DNA of 63,994 bases, filler included, from an uncultured bacterium (GTDB taxonomy: Bacteria; DAOPZR01), in the NCBI GenBank assembly GCA_964637655.1. It is 3 parts of 3 records of this genome, joined end to end, with 100 filler letters (N's around TTAATTAATTAA, not from the genome) between each part and the next. Parts side by side here need not be neighbours in the genome. Positions count along the whole stretch, not along the records: positions 23,409 to 46,661 come from CAZWUZ010000022.1; 2 more parts are not named here. One strand, written 5' to 3'. Within the stretch, counting starts at the first letter, position 1; each line of letters begins with the position of its first letter. The translations under genes and the position numbers were made by a program. Under the pieces are notes generated by a model. That model saw nothing but the letters and a program-made list of their open reading frames with translations. It searched no databases and had not been told where the DNA came from. Positions 37,395-45,626 of this stretch are shown here, piece by piece.

Positions 37395-38726
37395 CTATTG
37401 TGCTTTCGCCCGCCCGCGCCCGCACAGGCGGAGGACTGCCCTGATGCTGCGGGCGAGGCGGTGAGGATAGGGCATGCGCCTGATTGCGCCGCCGGTGAGC
37501 AGGGCACAAATCCGGCGGTAGCGGTAGACGGGATGCAGATGCCGGATGTTGCTGATGGTTGCCGGCAGCGGGGAGAATTCACGGTCGCCGAAGTGCTGAT
37601 AGTACGTGTACCACGTGCCGGAACAGTACTCTTTGAGCGCACAGTCGACGCATTTCGGGGTCAGGGCCATGCCGGTCTGCTTGAGTATGACCTGTTCGCT
37701 GCCGGGGAGCGTGTGCAGTTCGACCGTGTAGCGGTAGTTGGAGGCGAACCGCCAGTACTTCCGGCGGAAGAGACAAAGGGGGAACGAAGCGAGGGTAAAC
37801 GGCACCCCGCGCTCCTGCAGCAGGTCCATCGCCGCTTCCAGCTGCGGGACCGTTTCTGACAGGGGGAGCGCCAGCTCGTCGCGATGCACCAGCGCCTCAC
37901 CGAGCAGGACCAGGGCGTTGAGGCTGACCTGTCGCGGCTGAAATGACAGGGCGAAGCGGACCAGTTCGTTAAGCTGCCGGTGGTTCTCGCGGTGCACGAC
38001 CAGCAGCACGGTGAGGTTCCGGAAACCGGCGCGCTGCAACTGCTGCAATCCGGCCACGGTTTCGCGCCAGCTGCCGGGGGCGCGGGTGAGACGGTCATGG
38101 ACCTGTTCGTCATGACTGGGGAGCGTGACGGAAATGCGGTCGATGCCGGTGGCCAGCAGCCGGCCGGTGAAAGCGGGATCGGCCAGACGGCGTGCATTGG
38201 TGAATATCTGGGTGAACAGCCCGTGCTGCCCGGCCCGGTGCAGCAGTTCATTCAGGTGCGGGTAGAGGGTCGGCTCGCCCCCCCCGAAGTTGATGGAGAG
38301 GACCTCGCGGGCATGCCGGTCGAGCAGCGGCAGCAGTGTCTGCGGGTCGGAAGTGCCCGGCGGCACTGTGTGTCTGGACAGGCAGTAGCGGCAGGCATTG
38401 TTGCAGGCCAGTGAGGGAAAACAGAAAATCCGCTGGGCAATGAAGCGTGCTGCCCGCGTGCGCCCGAAGGCGGCGGCAAAGGCGGCGTAATCGGGATAGT
38501 GTTCGTCAGCGCCCAACTTGACCGCAACGCGTCCGGTTGCGACAGTTCCCTGTTCGCGGGGACAGGGCGATGGCGCGCCGCCACGGGTGAGAAACTCCGC
38601 GAATACCTGCTCCCGGTCGCGGTAATCATCGATGAACCTGCCGCGGGCACCGTTGCAGAAGACCACCTCCTGAAAAGCGGAGAGGGTGAACAGGTCAGGA
38701 CAGGCGCGGCAGCTACGGTCGCTCAT
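37395..38726 (-). CDS. Radical SAM protein with C-terminal Cys cluster (HxsC-like layout)
   Basis: CNNACRYC, GGEPT, FTNAR, FPLC, CVDCALKEYCSG; alternative start TTG38747. Confidence 0.85.
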   Translation of the reverse strand: MSDRSCRACPDLFTLSAFQEVVFCNGARGRFIDDYRDREQVFAEFLTRGGAPSPCPREQGTVATGRVAVKLGADEHYPDYAAFAAAFGRTRAARFIAQRIFCFPSLACNNACRYCLSRHTVPPGTSDPQTLLPLLDRHAREVLSINFGGGEPTLYPHLNELLHRAGQHGLFTQIFTNARRLADPAFTGRLLATGIDRISVTLPSHDEQVHDRLTRAPGSWRETVAGLQQLQRAGFRNLTVLLVVHRENHRQLNELVRFALSFQPRQVSLNALVLLGEALVHRDELALPLSETVPQLEAAMDLLQERGVPFTLASFPLCLFRRKYWRFASNYRYTVELHTLPGSEQVILKQTGMALTPKCVDCALKEYCSGTWYTYYQHFGDREFSPLPATISNIRHLHPVYRYRRICALLTGGAIRRMPYPHRLARSIRAVLRLCGRGRAKAQ

Positions 38727-38862
38727 CGTGCTCAGGTTATAAATCAACCGCTGCCGGCGGTCAATCGGTCCGGCAGAAAGGAGCCCGCGGCGTGTAGCGG
38801 GCCGCGGGCTTGAGGGAGGGGACTGCAGCGGTGGTGGGAGGCCACCGCCATTGAGGGTGAAA

Positions 38863-39039
38863 TCAGAGTTCGACGACGATGCTGTCGAAGTGCCAGTGCC
38901 GCAGGCGCTCGAGATGCCGCTCGGTGAGCCGCTGCTGCGCGTGCATCAGGATGAGGAAGTTGCGGTAGAGCGGCTGCGCGAGTTTCATGCCTGCCTGAAC
39001 CTGGTTGAGGGGAAGTCGCATCTTCATGTCGATCACCAT
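38863..39039 (-). CDS. Unannotated 58-aa protein resembling the N-terminal accessory domain of HD-GYP phosphodiesterases
   Basis: Manual translation MVIDMKMRLPLNQVQAGMKLAQPLYRNFLILMHAQQRLTERHLERLRHWHFDSIVVEL; host-like codons; own promoter. Confidence 0.7.
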   Translation of the reverse strand: MVIDMKMRLPLNQVQAGMKLAQPLYRNFLILMHAQQRLTERHLERLRHWHFDSIVVEL

Positions 39040-39086
39040 CCCTGGTGCTGCGTTTTGTTAGGTGAGCGATCCGTCGCTCACTTTTC

Positions 39087-39115
39087 ATATCGGCAATTCC
39101 TGCTGCGGACTTGAG
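39087..39115 (-). promoter_or_regulatory. sigma28 promoter of the 58-aa gene
   Basis: CTCAAGT-N14-GCCGATAT, same boxes and spacing as the fliS promoter. Confidence 0.75.
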
Positions 39116-39126
39116 AAACCCTCTGC

Positions 39127-39155
39127 TTGCAGCGGCGGCAGTGGCATGCTACCAT
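39127..39155 (+). promoter_or_regulatory. sigma70 promoter of rSAM/SPASM operon
   Basis: TTGCAG-N17-TACCAT with TGn extended -10. Confidence 0.55.
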
Positions 39156-39187
39156 GCGCGCGGGAAAATCTAACTCATGGTGTGACG

Positions 39188-40174
39188 ATGCGTTATATCC
39201 TTGTCCCGGATGGATTGCCCGAGGCGCTGCGCTACCGGCTGGACGCGGCGGCAGCGACCGTTGGGAATACGGGTTATTATGCCCGTCCGCTCGACCTAAC
39301 AGATACCACCGGTGCCCTGGCCGCGCTGCCGCCGCGCAGCGCCAACCTGGAAATTACCACGCGCTGCCAGTTGCGGTGTGCCCACTGCCCGCGCCCGCCG
39401 GGTGGTGAGGATATGCCGCTGTCGCGCGTGCAGGAGGCGCTGACCGTCCTGCAGGCAGCCGGTGTGCAGGAACTCGGACTGCAGCATCTCGGCGAGCCCC
39501 TGCTCCACCCCGACTTCCCCGCCATCCTCGGCGTCGCCTGCCGGCAGTTCCGGGTGACCCTGATAAGCAACGGCCTGCCGCTTGCCCCGGCGGTGAACAG
39601 CATCATCCTGGCGGCGCAGCCGCAGCGGGTGACGGTATCACTTGATGCCAGCCATCGTGCGGCGGCCGGGGCGGAAGCGGAAGAGCGCGTGCTGGCCATG
39701 GTACGGCGCCTGCGCCGCGAGCGCGACCTGCGCGGGCTCGACGGCCCGGCCGTGGCAATTCAGGCAGTGGCGGATGCGTCACTGGTGGCGGACACAGCGC
39801 GCCTGGCTGACTGGCGGGCGGCAGCCGACGCGGTGGCACTCTGTTCCCGGGTCTGGCCTGATTTGCCGGTGGCGGTGCCGGCGGACGAACCGTGCCCGGT
39901 GGCGTTCCGCCATCTCGTCGTGCGTGTCGACGGCAGGATGCATGTCTGTTGCGCTGATGCGGCCGGGGAACTGACCGTGGGCAATCTGTTCACCGAAGGG
40001 GTGGAGGCGGCGTGGCAGGGGAAACATGCCTGGCATGTGCGGCGGCGCCTGCTGGCGCGCGACTGGCCGGCGCCCTGCCGCGACTGCGTCCTGCGTTCGC
40101 CGGCAGCCCGCCGCGCTTTTGCCGGTCTCGTCGGGCGATTACCGGGAACGGTGGCGGAGGATGCCGTCCTGTGA
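39188..40174 (+). CDS. Radical SAM protein with short SPASM/twitch domain
   Basis: CQLRCAHC, LGEPLLHP, ISNG; CPVAF..DGRMHVCCAD..GNL..CRDC. Confidence 0.88.
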   Translation: MRYILVPDGLPEALRYRLDAAAATVGNTGYYARPLDLTDTTGALAALPPRSANLEITTRCQLRCAHCPRPPGGEDMPLSRVQEALTVLQAAGVQELGLQHLGEPLLHPDFPAILGVACRQFRVTLISNGLPLAPAVNSIILAAQPQRVTVSLDASHRAAAGAEAEERVLAMVRRLRRERDLRGLDGPAVAIQAVADASLVADTARLADWRAAADAVALCSRVWPDLPVAVPADEPCPVAFRHLVVRVDGRMHVCCADAAGELTVGNLFTEGVEAAWQGKHAWHVRRRLLARDWPAPCRDCVLRSPAARRAFAGLVGRLPGTVAEDAVL

Positions 40175-41178
40175 TTTCCCCTCCCCGGGCACCGCTGGTC
40201 GATATGTTCCTGCGGCATTATTTTCAGCATGGACGGGTCTTCGAGGCGATGCTGCTCGTTACCCATCGCTGTCCGCTGCGCTGCCGGCATTGCTACATCC
40301 GCCATGCCCCTCGCCGGGAACTCGCTCGCAACCGTTGGTTGCGAGCGCTTGATGAACTTGCGGCGCTGGGGGTGCTGATCGCCACGTTTTCCGGCGGTGA
40401 ACCGCTGCTCCGTCGCGACCTGCCGGCATTGCTGCGCCATGCCGACGCGCGCGGGTTTGCCCTCAACCTTTTCACCAGCGGGTGGGGACTGACGGCGCGG
40501 CGGGTGGCAATGTTCCGCGATCTGCGCTGGCGTGAAATCGCCGTCTCGGTCTATGCGTCTGATCCCCGTACCCATGATGCGGTGACCGGCGTGCGCGGTT
40601 CGTGGACGCAGGCGGTGGCGGCGCTTGCAGCCTTGCGCGCGGCGGGAATCCCGGTCGCGGTCAACAGCGTGGTGCTGCGCGGCATGCGGCACTGCGCCCC
40701 CGGAGTGCGTGCCTGGACCCGGCGTGAAGGGTATGTCCTGCATCAGAGCGGAATGGTGATACCCGCGTTCGACGGCGATCGTGGCCCGCTGCAGCAGCGG
40801 CTGGGGACCCTGCCGGCGGCATTGCGCTCCCGGCCGCAGCGGACGCGCGCGCCGCGCTGGCGCCGCGGCTGCGGCTGTGGCGAGGGGACGGTACTGATCG
40901 ACGCCTACGGTGATGTCTGGCCCTGCACCTATTTTCCGTTGCCGCTGGGTAACGTCCGGTATGCTCCCCTCCGCGAAGTGTGGAACGGTTCGCCGCTCCT
41001 GCCGGTGATACGCCGCGGTCTTGACCGCGCCGCCTCGCGCCTTGCCTGTCGCGCCTGCAGCGCGAATCGTTCCTGCCGCCACTGCTACGGGCAGGCGTTC
41101 ACCGAGGAGGGGAGCGTGTACCGTGTGCCGCGGGTCAGTTGCCGGTTTCTCGGCTTGACGCCCCGCAACGATTCGTGA
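40171..41178 (+). CDS. Radical SAM/SPASM peptide maturase (PqqE/AlbA-like)
   Basis: CPLRCRHC, SGGEPLLR, HDAVTGVRGSW; CGCG..GDVWPC..CRACSANRSCRHC..C; GTGA overlap with upstream rSAM. Confidence 0.9.
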   Translation: MISPPRAPLVDMFLRHYFQHGRVFEAMLLVTHRCPLRCRHCYIRHAPRRELARNRWLRALDELAALGVLIATFSGGEPLLRRDLPALLRHADARGFALNLFTSGWGLTARRVAMFRDLRWREIAVSVYASDPRTHDAVTGVRGSWTQAVAALAALRAAGIPVAVNSVVLRGMRHCAPGVRAWTRREGYVLHQSGMVIPAFDGDRGPLQQRLGTLPAALRSRPQRTRAPRWRRGCGCGEGTVLIDAYGDVWPCTYFPLPLGNVRYAPLREVWNGSPLLPVIRRGLDRAASRLACRACSANRSCRHCYGQAFTEEGSVYRVPRVSCRFLGLTPRNDS

Positions 41179-41184
41179 TACACT
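41155..41184 (+). promoter_or_regulatory. Internal promoter giving a probable leaderless precursor mRNA
   Basis: TTGACG-N18-TACACT with TGn, ending 6 nt before ATG41191; no SD. Confidence 0.55.
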
Positions 41185-41190
41185 GCCCGC

Positions 41191-41373
41191 ATGGAAACGA
41201 AACGGGTTGCGCAGGATACGGCAACGCCAGCGCCACGCCCCTACGAACCGCCGCGACTCACCCGCTATCAGCGTCTGCAGGAAATGACGCGCGGGGATTC
41301 ACCCACCGGCAACCTCGGTGCGGTCGAGATTTGTTCGATTGCCGGCCACTGCGAGTCACAGCCACTCACCTGA
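41191..41373 (+). CDS. RiPP precursor peptide with lasso-type leader
   Basis: YEPPRL..LQEMTR|GDSPTGNLGAVEICSIAGHCESQPLT; 12 nt after rSAM/SPASM stop. Confidence 0.8.
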   Translation: METKRVAQDTATPAPRPYEPPRLTRYQRLQEMTRGDSPTGNLGAVEICSIAGHCESQPLT

Positions 41374-41443
41374 ACCCGGCAACCGGTTGACGGCGGGGCC
41401 TGTCATACCCGGCAGCGGCACCGCCGCACGGAGGGAGAAGCCG

Positions 41444-42190
41444 ATGCTGCTGCGCCGACTGGTCGTTGCGGTCATGCTCGCGGCTTTTGTCGGCTGCGCC
41501 GCCGCGCCGCGCCGCGTCACCAATTTCTTCATCGATGAAGACCTTGCCCGCCTGCGGCGCAATACCGTGGCGGTGCTCCCCTTCGACAACCTGACGCAGT
41601 TTATCGGCGCTGATTTTCTCGTTACCGACGAGTTCAACCTGCAGCTCGGGCGCACGGGATACTTCGACCTGGTCGAACGTGTCCGCGTTGCCGAACTGTA
41701 TCAGGAACAGGACCTCGATCCGCACCGCATCGATCAGGCCACCGCGGTGCAGGTGGGGAAGATGCTCGGGGCGCACGCGGTCATCCTCGGCACCGTCACC
41801 CGCTACGAGCCGAGCGAGATCATCCCGGTGGTGCCCTCCGATGCCTACCCGATCATCGTCCCCGTGCCGGTCAACATGGACGGGCGCACGGCGACGCGGG
41901 TGGCGGTGGCCAGCGCGATCGTCACGCTGATTGCCATGGCGGCGTCGCGGAAATACCAGGATGCGGCGGTGGGGATCACCGCGCGGCTCGTCGGGACGGA
42001 GGCGGGGCAGCAGTACTGGCAGGCGCGCGAAACCTTCATCGGTGACGATCCGGGCGTCGCCGCGCTGGCGGAGACCGCCTACGACAAAAAGCGGGTCAAC
42101 AAGGACGTGGAGTATCTCGCGCGGCTGCTCTGCACGGAGCTCTGCCGCACCTTCCGCGACGGCAACGCGACGGTCGGTGGCGACGCGTAG
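41444..42190 (+). CDS. Lipoprotein, CsgG/FlgO/DUF799-like
   Basis: Lipobox FVGC; VAVLPFDN, FDLVER, VGKMLGAHAVILGTVTRY. Confidence 0.75.
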   Translation: MLLRRLVVAVMLAAFVGCAAAPRRVTNFFIDEDLARLRRNTVAVLPFDNLTQFIGADFLVTDEFNLQLGRTGYFDLVERVRVAELYQEQDLDPHRIDQATAVQVGKMLGAHAVILGTVTRYEPSEIIPVVPSDAYPIIVPVPVNMDGRTATRVAVASAIVTLIAMAASRKYQDAAVGITARLVGTEAGQQYWQARETFIGDDPGVAALAETAYDKKRVNKDVEYLARLLCTELCRTFRDGNATVGGDA

Positions 42191-42193
42191 GGG

Positions 42194-42838
42194 TCAGCTG
42201 CTGATGAGCGGCGGGTGCGCGGCGAGCAGGCCGCGCAGGTAGGTGAAGAGCGCGTCCTGCCCGTCGGCGTCCGTTTCGCGGAAGCCGACGGCAATCAGCG
42301 ACCGCTGCTGCGGGTAGGCAACCGTACGCGTTACTTCGCCGATGATCACCACCGGCTGCGCGCGCTGCGGCAGGCGGATCTCGAGACGCAGCCGCGTCTT
42401 CTCGCGCAGGGTCTTGCCGATGAGGTCGAAGGCGAGCCCGCCCGGGCTGATGTTCTCGATCACCGCGGTGGCCGGCCGCGACACCAGCGCATTGTCGAAC
42501 GGGTTGATCTCCTGGTAGGTGAGCGGGAGGCAGGCGGGGAGGCGGATGAAACGCCGCGTGCTGCTGCTCTCGCGGTACGAGGAAAAGTAGACGCGCGTGC
42601 CCGCCAGTTCCGCCGCGTCGGGGACCGCCTGCCGCGTTCCGGCGGGGTCAGCCCCGAACAGGTCGCGCAGTTCCGGCAGCTGCCGCGCGGGGAGCCAGTG
42701 CTCGCCGGCGAAATCCCAGACGAGATCATCCGCCTGCACCCGCCCCTCGCCGACCCACTGCCGCACCTGGTCGAGGGTGACGGGCCCGTACTGCGACTCA
42801 TGCACGAAGACGTACCAGACCGGGTTGCTCGCTGTCAT
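42194..42838 (-). CDS. GYF_2 (DUF4339) + PilZ domain protein
   Basis: WYV..QYGPV..DDLVW..W..A..LPEL; RRFIR and NISPGG. Confidence 0.8.
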   Translation of the reverse strand: MTASNPVWYVFVHESQYGPVTLDQVRQWVGEGRVQADDLVWDFAGEHWLPARQLPELRDLFGADPAGTRQAVPDAAELAGTRVYFSSYRESSSTRRFIRLPACLPLTYQEINPFDNALVSRPATAVIENISPGGLAFDLIGKTLREKTRLRLEIRLPQRAQPVVIIGEVTRTVAYPQQRSLIAVGFRETDADGQDALFTYLRGLLAAHPPLISS

Positions 42839-42962
42839 GGGGCACCTCCTGTGACGGTGTTCATCATACGTCGCCCGCCCGCAGGTGTCAATGCCCCGGT
42901 GCTTGCATCGCGCGGCGGATAATGTATACTGCGCGCAGCACACCGCGAAACGGAGCCCGGCG

Positions 42963-44072
42963 ATGGATTACCCGCTCGACCATATCGACAAACTGCTCTC
43001 CCCGATGCTGCAGTACAACGCCTCGGACATTATCCTCAAGGTGTCCTCCAAGCCGACCTACCGCATCAACAAGGCACTGGTCGCGCTCGAGGAAGTGCCG
43101 CCGCTGACCGAGGAGGCGATGCAACTCTTCTGCAGCCAGATCATGCCGGCGGAGGACTTCCTCAAGCTGCAGCACGGCAGTGAAGTTGACATCGCCTACA
43201 ACATTCCCGGGGTGACCCGCTACCGGGTCAATGCCTTCAAGCAGCGCGGTGTTCTCGAAATCGTCGCGCGCTGCATCCAGAACAAGATTCACTCCGTGCA
43301 GGAACTCAACCTCCCCGCGGTGCTGCTCAACGTTACGCAGGTGCATCGCGGCATGGTGCTGATGACCGGGACGACGGGGAGCGGCAAGTCGACGACGCTG
43401 GCGGCGCTTATCGACCACATCAATGAGCACTACACGCGTCACATCGTCACCATCGAGGACCCCATCGAGTTCGTCTACCAGGACAAGAAGTCGATCATCA
43501 GCCAGCGCGAGGTGGGGATCGACACCGAGGACTTCAAGATGGCGCTCAAGCACATGATGCGCCAGAACCCCGACATCATCCTCATCGGCGAGATGCGCGA
43601 CAAGGAGACGGTTGATGCCGCCATCGCCGCGGCGGAGACGGGGCACATGGTCTTCTCCACGCTGCATACCGCCGACGCGGCCAAGACCATCGACCGCATC
43701 ATGGAGTTCTACCCCAAGTCGGAGCAGGACTCGCTGCGCGCGCAGCTGGCGCAGTACCTCGTCGCCAGCATCTCGCAGCGTCTCGTGCCGCGCGCTGACG
43801 GGCAGGGCATGGTCCCCGCGGTCGAGGTGATGTTCTCCAGCCCGGTCATCCGCAAACTTATCGTCGAGAACCGCATCGTCAAAATCCGCTCCGCCATCCA
43901 CCAGGGGAAGCAGGAGGGGATGCAGACCTTCGACCAGGCGCTGGTCGAACTGCACCAGAAGGGGTGGGTCAGTTTCGAGGATGCGGCGGAGCGCTGCAGC
44001 AAACCCGCCTCGTTCAAGAGCTACTGCGAGGGGCACTTTCCCGATATCGACAGCGGCATCCTTTCCGGCTGA
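42963..44072 (+). CDS. pilT: Type IV pilus retraction ATPase PilT/PilU family
   Basis: RYRVNAF, GTTGSGKST, TIEDPIE, QREVG, IGEMRD, TGHMVFSTLH, GMQTFDQAL; VIRKLIVE in place of AIRNLIRE. Confidence 0.85.
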   Translation: MDYPLDHIDKLLSPMLQYNASDIILKVSSKPTYRINKALVALEEVPPLTEEAMQLFCSQIMPAEDFLKLQHGSEVDIAYNIPGVTRYRVNAFKQRGVLEIVARCIQNKIHSVQELNLPAVLLNVTQVHRGMVLMTGTTGSGKSTTLAALIDHINEHYTRHIVTIEDPIEFVYQDKKSIISQREVGIDTEDFKMALKHMMRQNPDIILIGEMRDKETVDAAIAAAETGHMVFSTLHTADAAKTIDRIMEFYPKSEQDSLRAQLAQYLVASISQRLVPRADGQGMVPAVEVMFSSPVIRKLIVENRIVKIRSAIHQGKQEGMQTFDQALVELHQKGWVSFEDAAERCSKPASFKSYCEGHFPDIDSGILSG

Positions 44073-45424
44073 TGCCGCGCCGCCGGCCGCCGCGCCCTGC
44101 GCCGGCGGCGAAGAAGGACCGGCGCGGCCGCGGCGTGCCGGTCTACCGCGAGACCGGCGACGGGGGGCGGCAGTTCGGACGACCCCTCGACGTGCTGCTT
44201 ATCTTCCCGCAACCGTATGCTGTCGGCATGAGCAATCTCGGCTTCCTCTTTGTCTACCGCCGCCTGCGCGAATTTCCCGAGGTCAATGTCGAACGCGCGT
44301 TTCTCGACGACGACGGCACCCTGTCGCCGGCGGTGGAATCGGGGCGTGACTGGCGGCAGTTCCCGGTACTGGCGCTCTCCTGCAGTTATGAACTCGATGT
44401 GCTGCGCTTCGCGCAGCGGGCGCGCACGGCGGGCCTGGTCCTTGACGCCGGGGTGCGGGCGGAGCGTCCGCTGCTGCTGGTCGGCGGGACCGGGGTACAG
44501 GTCAACCCGCACCTGTGGGCAGGCGTGGCGGATGTGATCTGTACCGGGCGCTGGGAGGATGATGAGGCGGCGCTGCGCAACCGGCTGCGCGCGCTGCTCG
44601 GCCTGCCGCCCGCGTCTGTCCCGCTGCCGCCCGCCCCGCTGGTGCATAACACGCTCTTCGCGGCGGACGCGGTCTTTGCCGACGCGCTGCTGCTCGAACT
44701 GGAACGCGGCTGCCGCTACCGCTGCCCGTTCTGCTGGTACGCGCATGCGACCGCGCGGGCGGCGGCACCCGCGGCGGCGGACCTGCTGGCCGTGGTTGAC
44801 CGCTTCCCGACCCCGGCGGTCGGCCTGGTCTCTGCCTGCCTGGCTGATTACCCGCAGCTGACGGAACTGCTGACCGGGTTGCGGGAGCGGCAGCGGCACA
44901 TCGGGTTCGCCTCGCTTCGCTTCGACCGGCTGAACGACAGCGACCTTGCCCTGCTCGCGGCGTGCGGGATGCGGACCTTGACCATCGCGCCGGAAACCGG
45001 GGCACCGGCGCTGAAGCAGGCGGTGGGCAAGCGGCAGACGACCGCGGCACTGGTGCAGCGGCTGCAGGTGGCGGCGGCAGCCGGTATCCGGAACTTCCGC
45101 TTTTACTATCTGGTCGGGTTGCCCGGGGAAGGGGAGGAGGAGTTGCGGCAGACCGCGGCGGAAATTGCGGCGCTGGTCCGGGCGGTTCGCACGGTGGATG
45201 CCGCGTGCCGCTGCGAGGCAACCATCAACCCGCTGGTCCCCAAGCCTGGCACCCCCTGGGCGGCCGCAGCGCTGCTCAGCGCCGCGGCCATGCGGCACGC
45301 TCGCCACCTGCTGACCGGCTGCCTGCAGGGAACCGGGGTACAACTGTCATGGGGGAGCTGGCGCGAAGCGCAGCAGCAGCACCGGCTGGCCCACAGCCGG
45401 GTTCCCCTGACCGCCGGCCTGTAA
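44072..45424 (+). CDS. Radical SAM protein with B12-binding-like N-terminal region
   Basis: YAVGMSNLG, ERGCRYRCPFC, TIAPETG, YLVGLPGE, PKPGTP. Confidence 0.8.
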   Translation: MPRRRPPRPAPAAKKDRRGRGVPVYRETGDGGRQFGRPLDVLLIFPQPYAVGMSNLGFLFVYRRLREFPEVNVERAFLDDDGTLSPAVESGRDWRQFPVLALSCSYELDVLRFAQRARTAGLVLDAGVRAERPLLLVGGTGVQVNPHLWAGVADVICTGRWEDDEAALRNRLRALLGLPPASVPLPPAPLVHNTLFAADAVFADALLLELERGCRYRCPFCWYAHATARAAAPAAADLLAVVDRFPTPAVGLVSACLADYPQLTELLTGLRERQRHIGFASLRFDRLNDSDLALLAACGMRTLTIAPETGAPALKQAVGKRQTTAALVQRLQVAAAAGIRNFRFYYLVGLPGEGEEELRQTAAEIAALVRAVRTVDAACRCEATINPLVPKPGTPWAAAALLSAAAMRHARHLLTGCLQGTGVQLSWGSWREAQQQHRLAHSRVPLTAGL

Positions 45425-45626
45425 AAAAACAGACAGTACCACTTGACAAGCATATATTGATTATTGTATCCTGCCCATCTTGACGCGGAGTGTGCGGGCT
45501 GACAACTGCGGTACGACAGGTGCCGGCAGCGCACGCGCGTCACATGGTATCACGGGCAGCAGTGAAGCGACGAAGGAGACGGGCGCGCGCCTGGCGCGGC
45601 GCTGACCATAAACTGGCGGGTTAGGT

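Noticed and set aside
38744-39114. ORF-track calls 38744-39088(-) and 38851-39114(+)
   Set aside because: The 38863-39039(-) frame has better codon usage, a promoter and a recognisable pattern
41191-41373. Canonical lasso peptide or His-Xaa-Ser precursor
   Set aside because: No Asp/Glu at core positions 7-9, no cyclase or B protein nearby, and no HxS tripeptide in the core
44072-45424. Fourth radical SAM as part of the RiPP cluster
   Set aside because: Different family, coupled to pilT and separated by unrelated genes
45480-45626. Riboswitch in the pilM leader
   Set aside because: Some pairing (TGACGCG/CGCGTCA) but no recognisable aptamer, and such stems are common at this GC content
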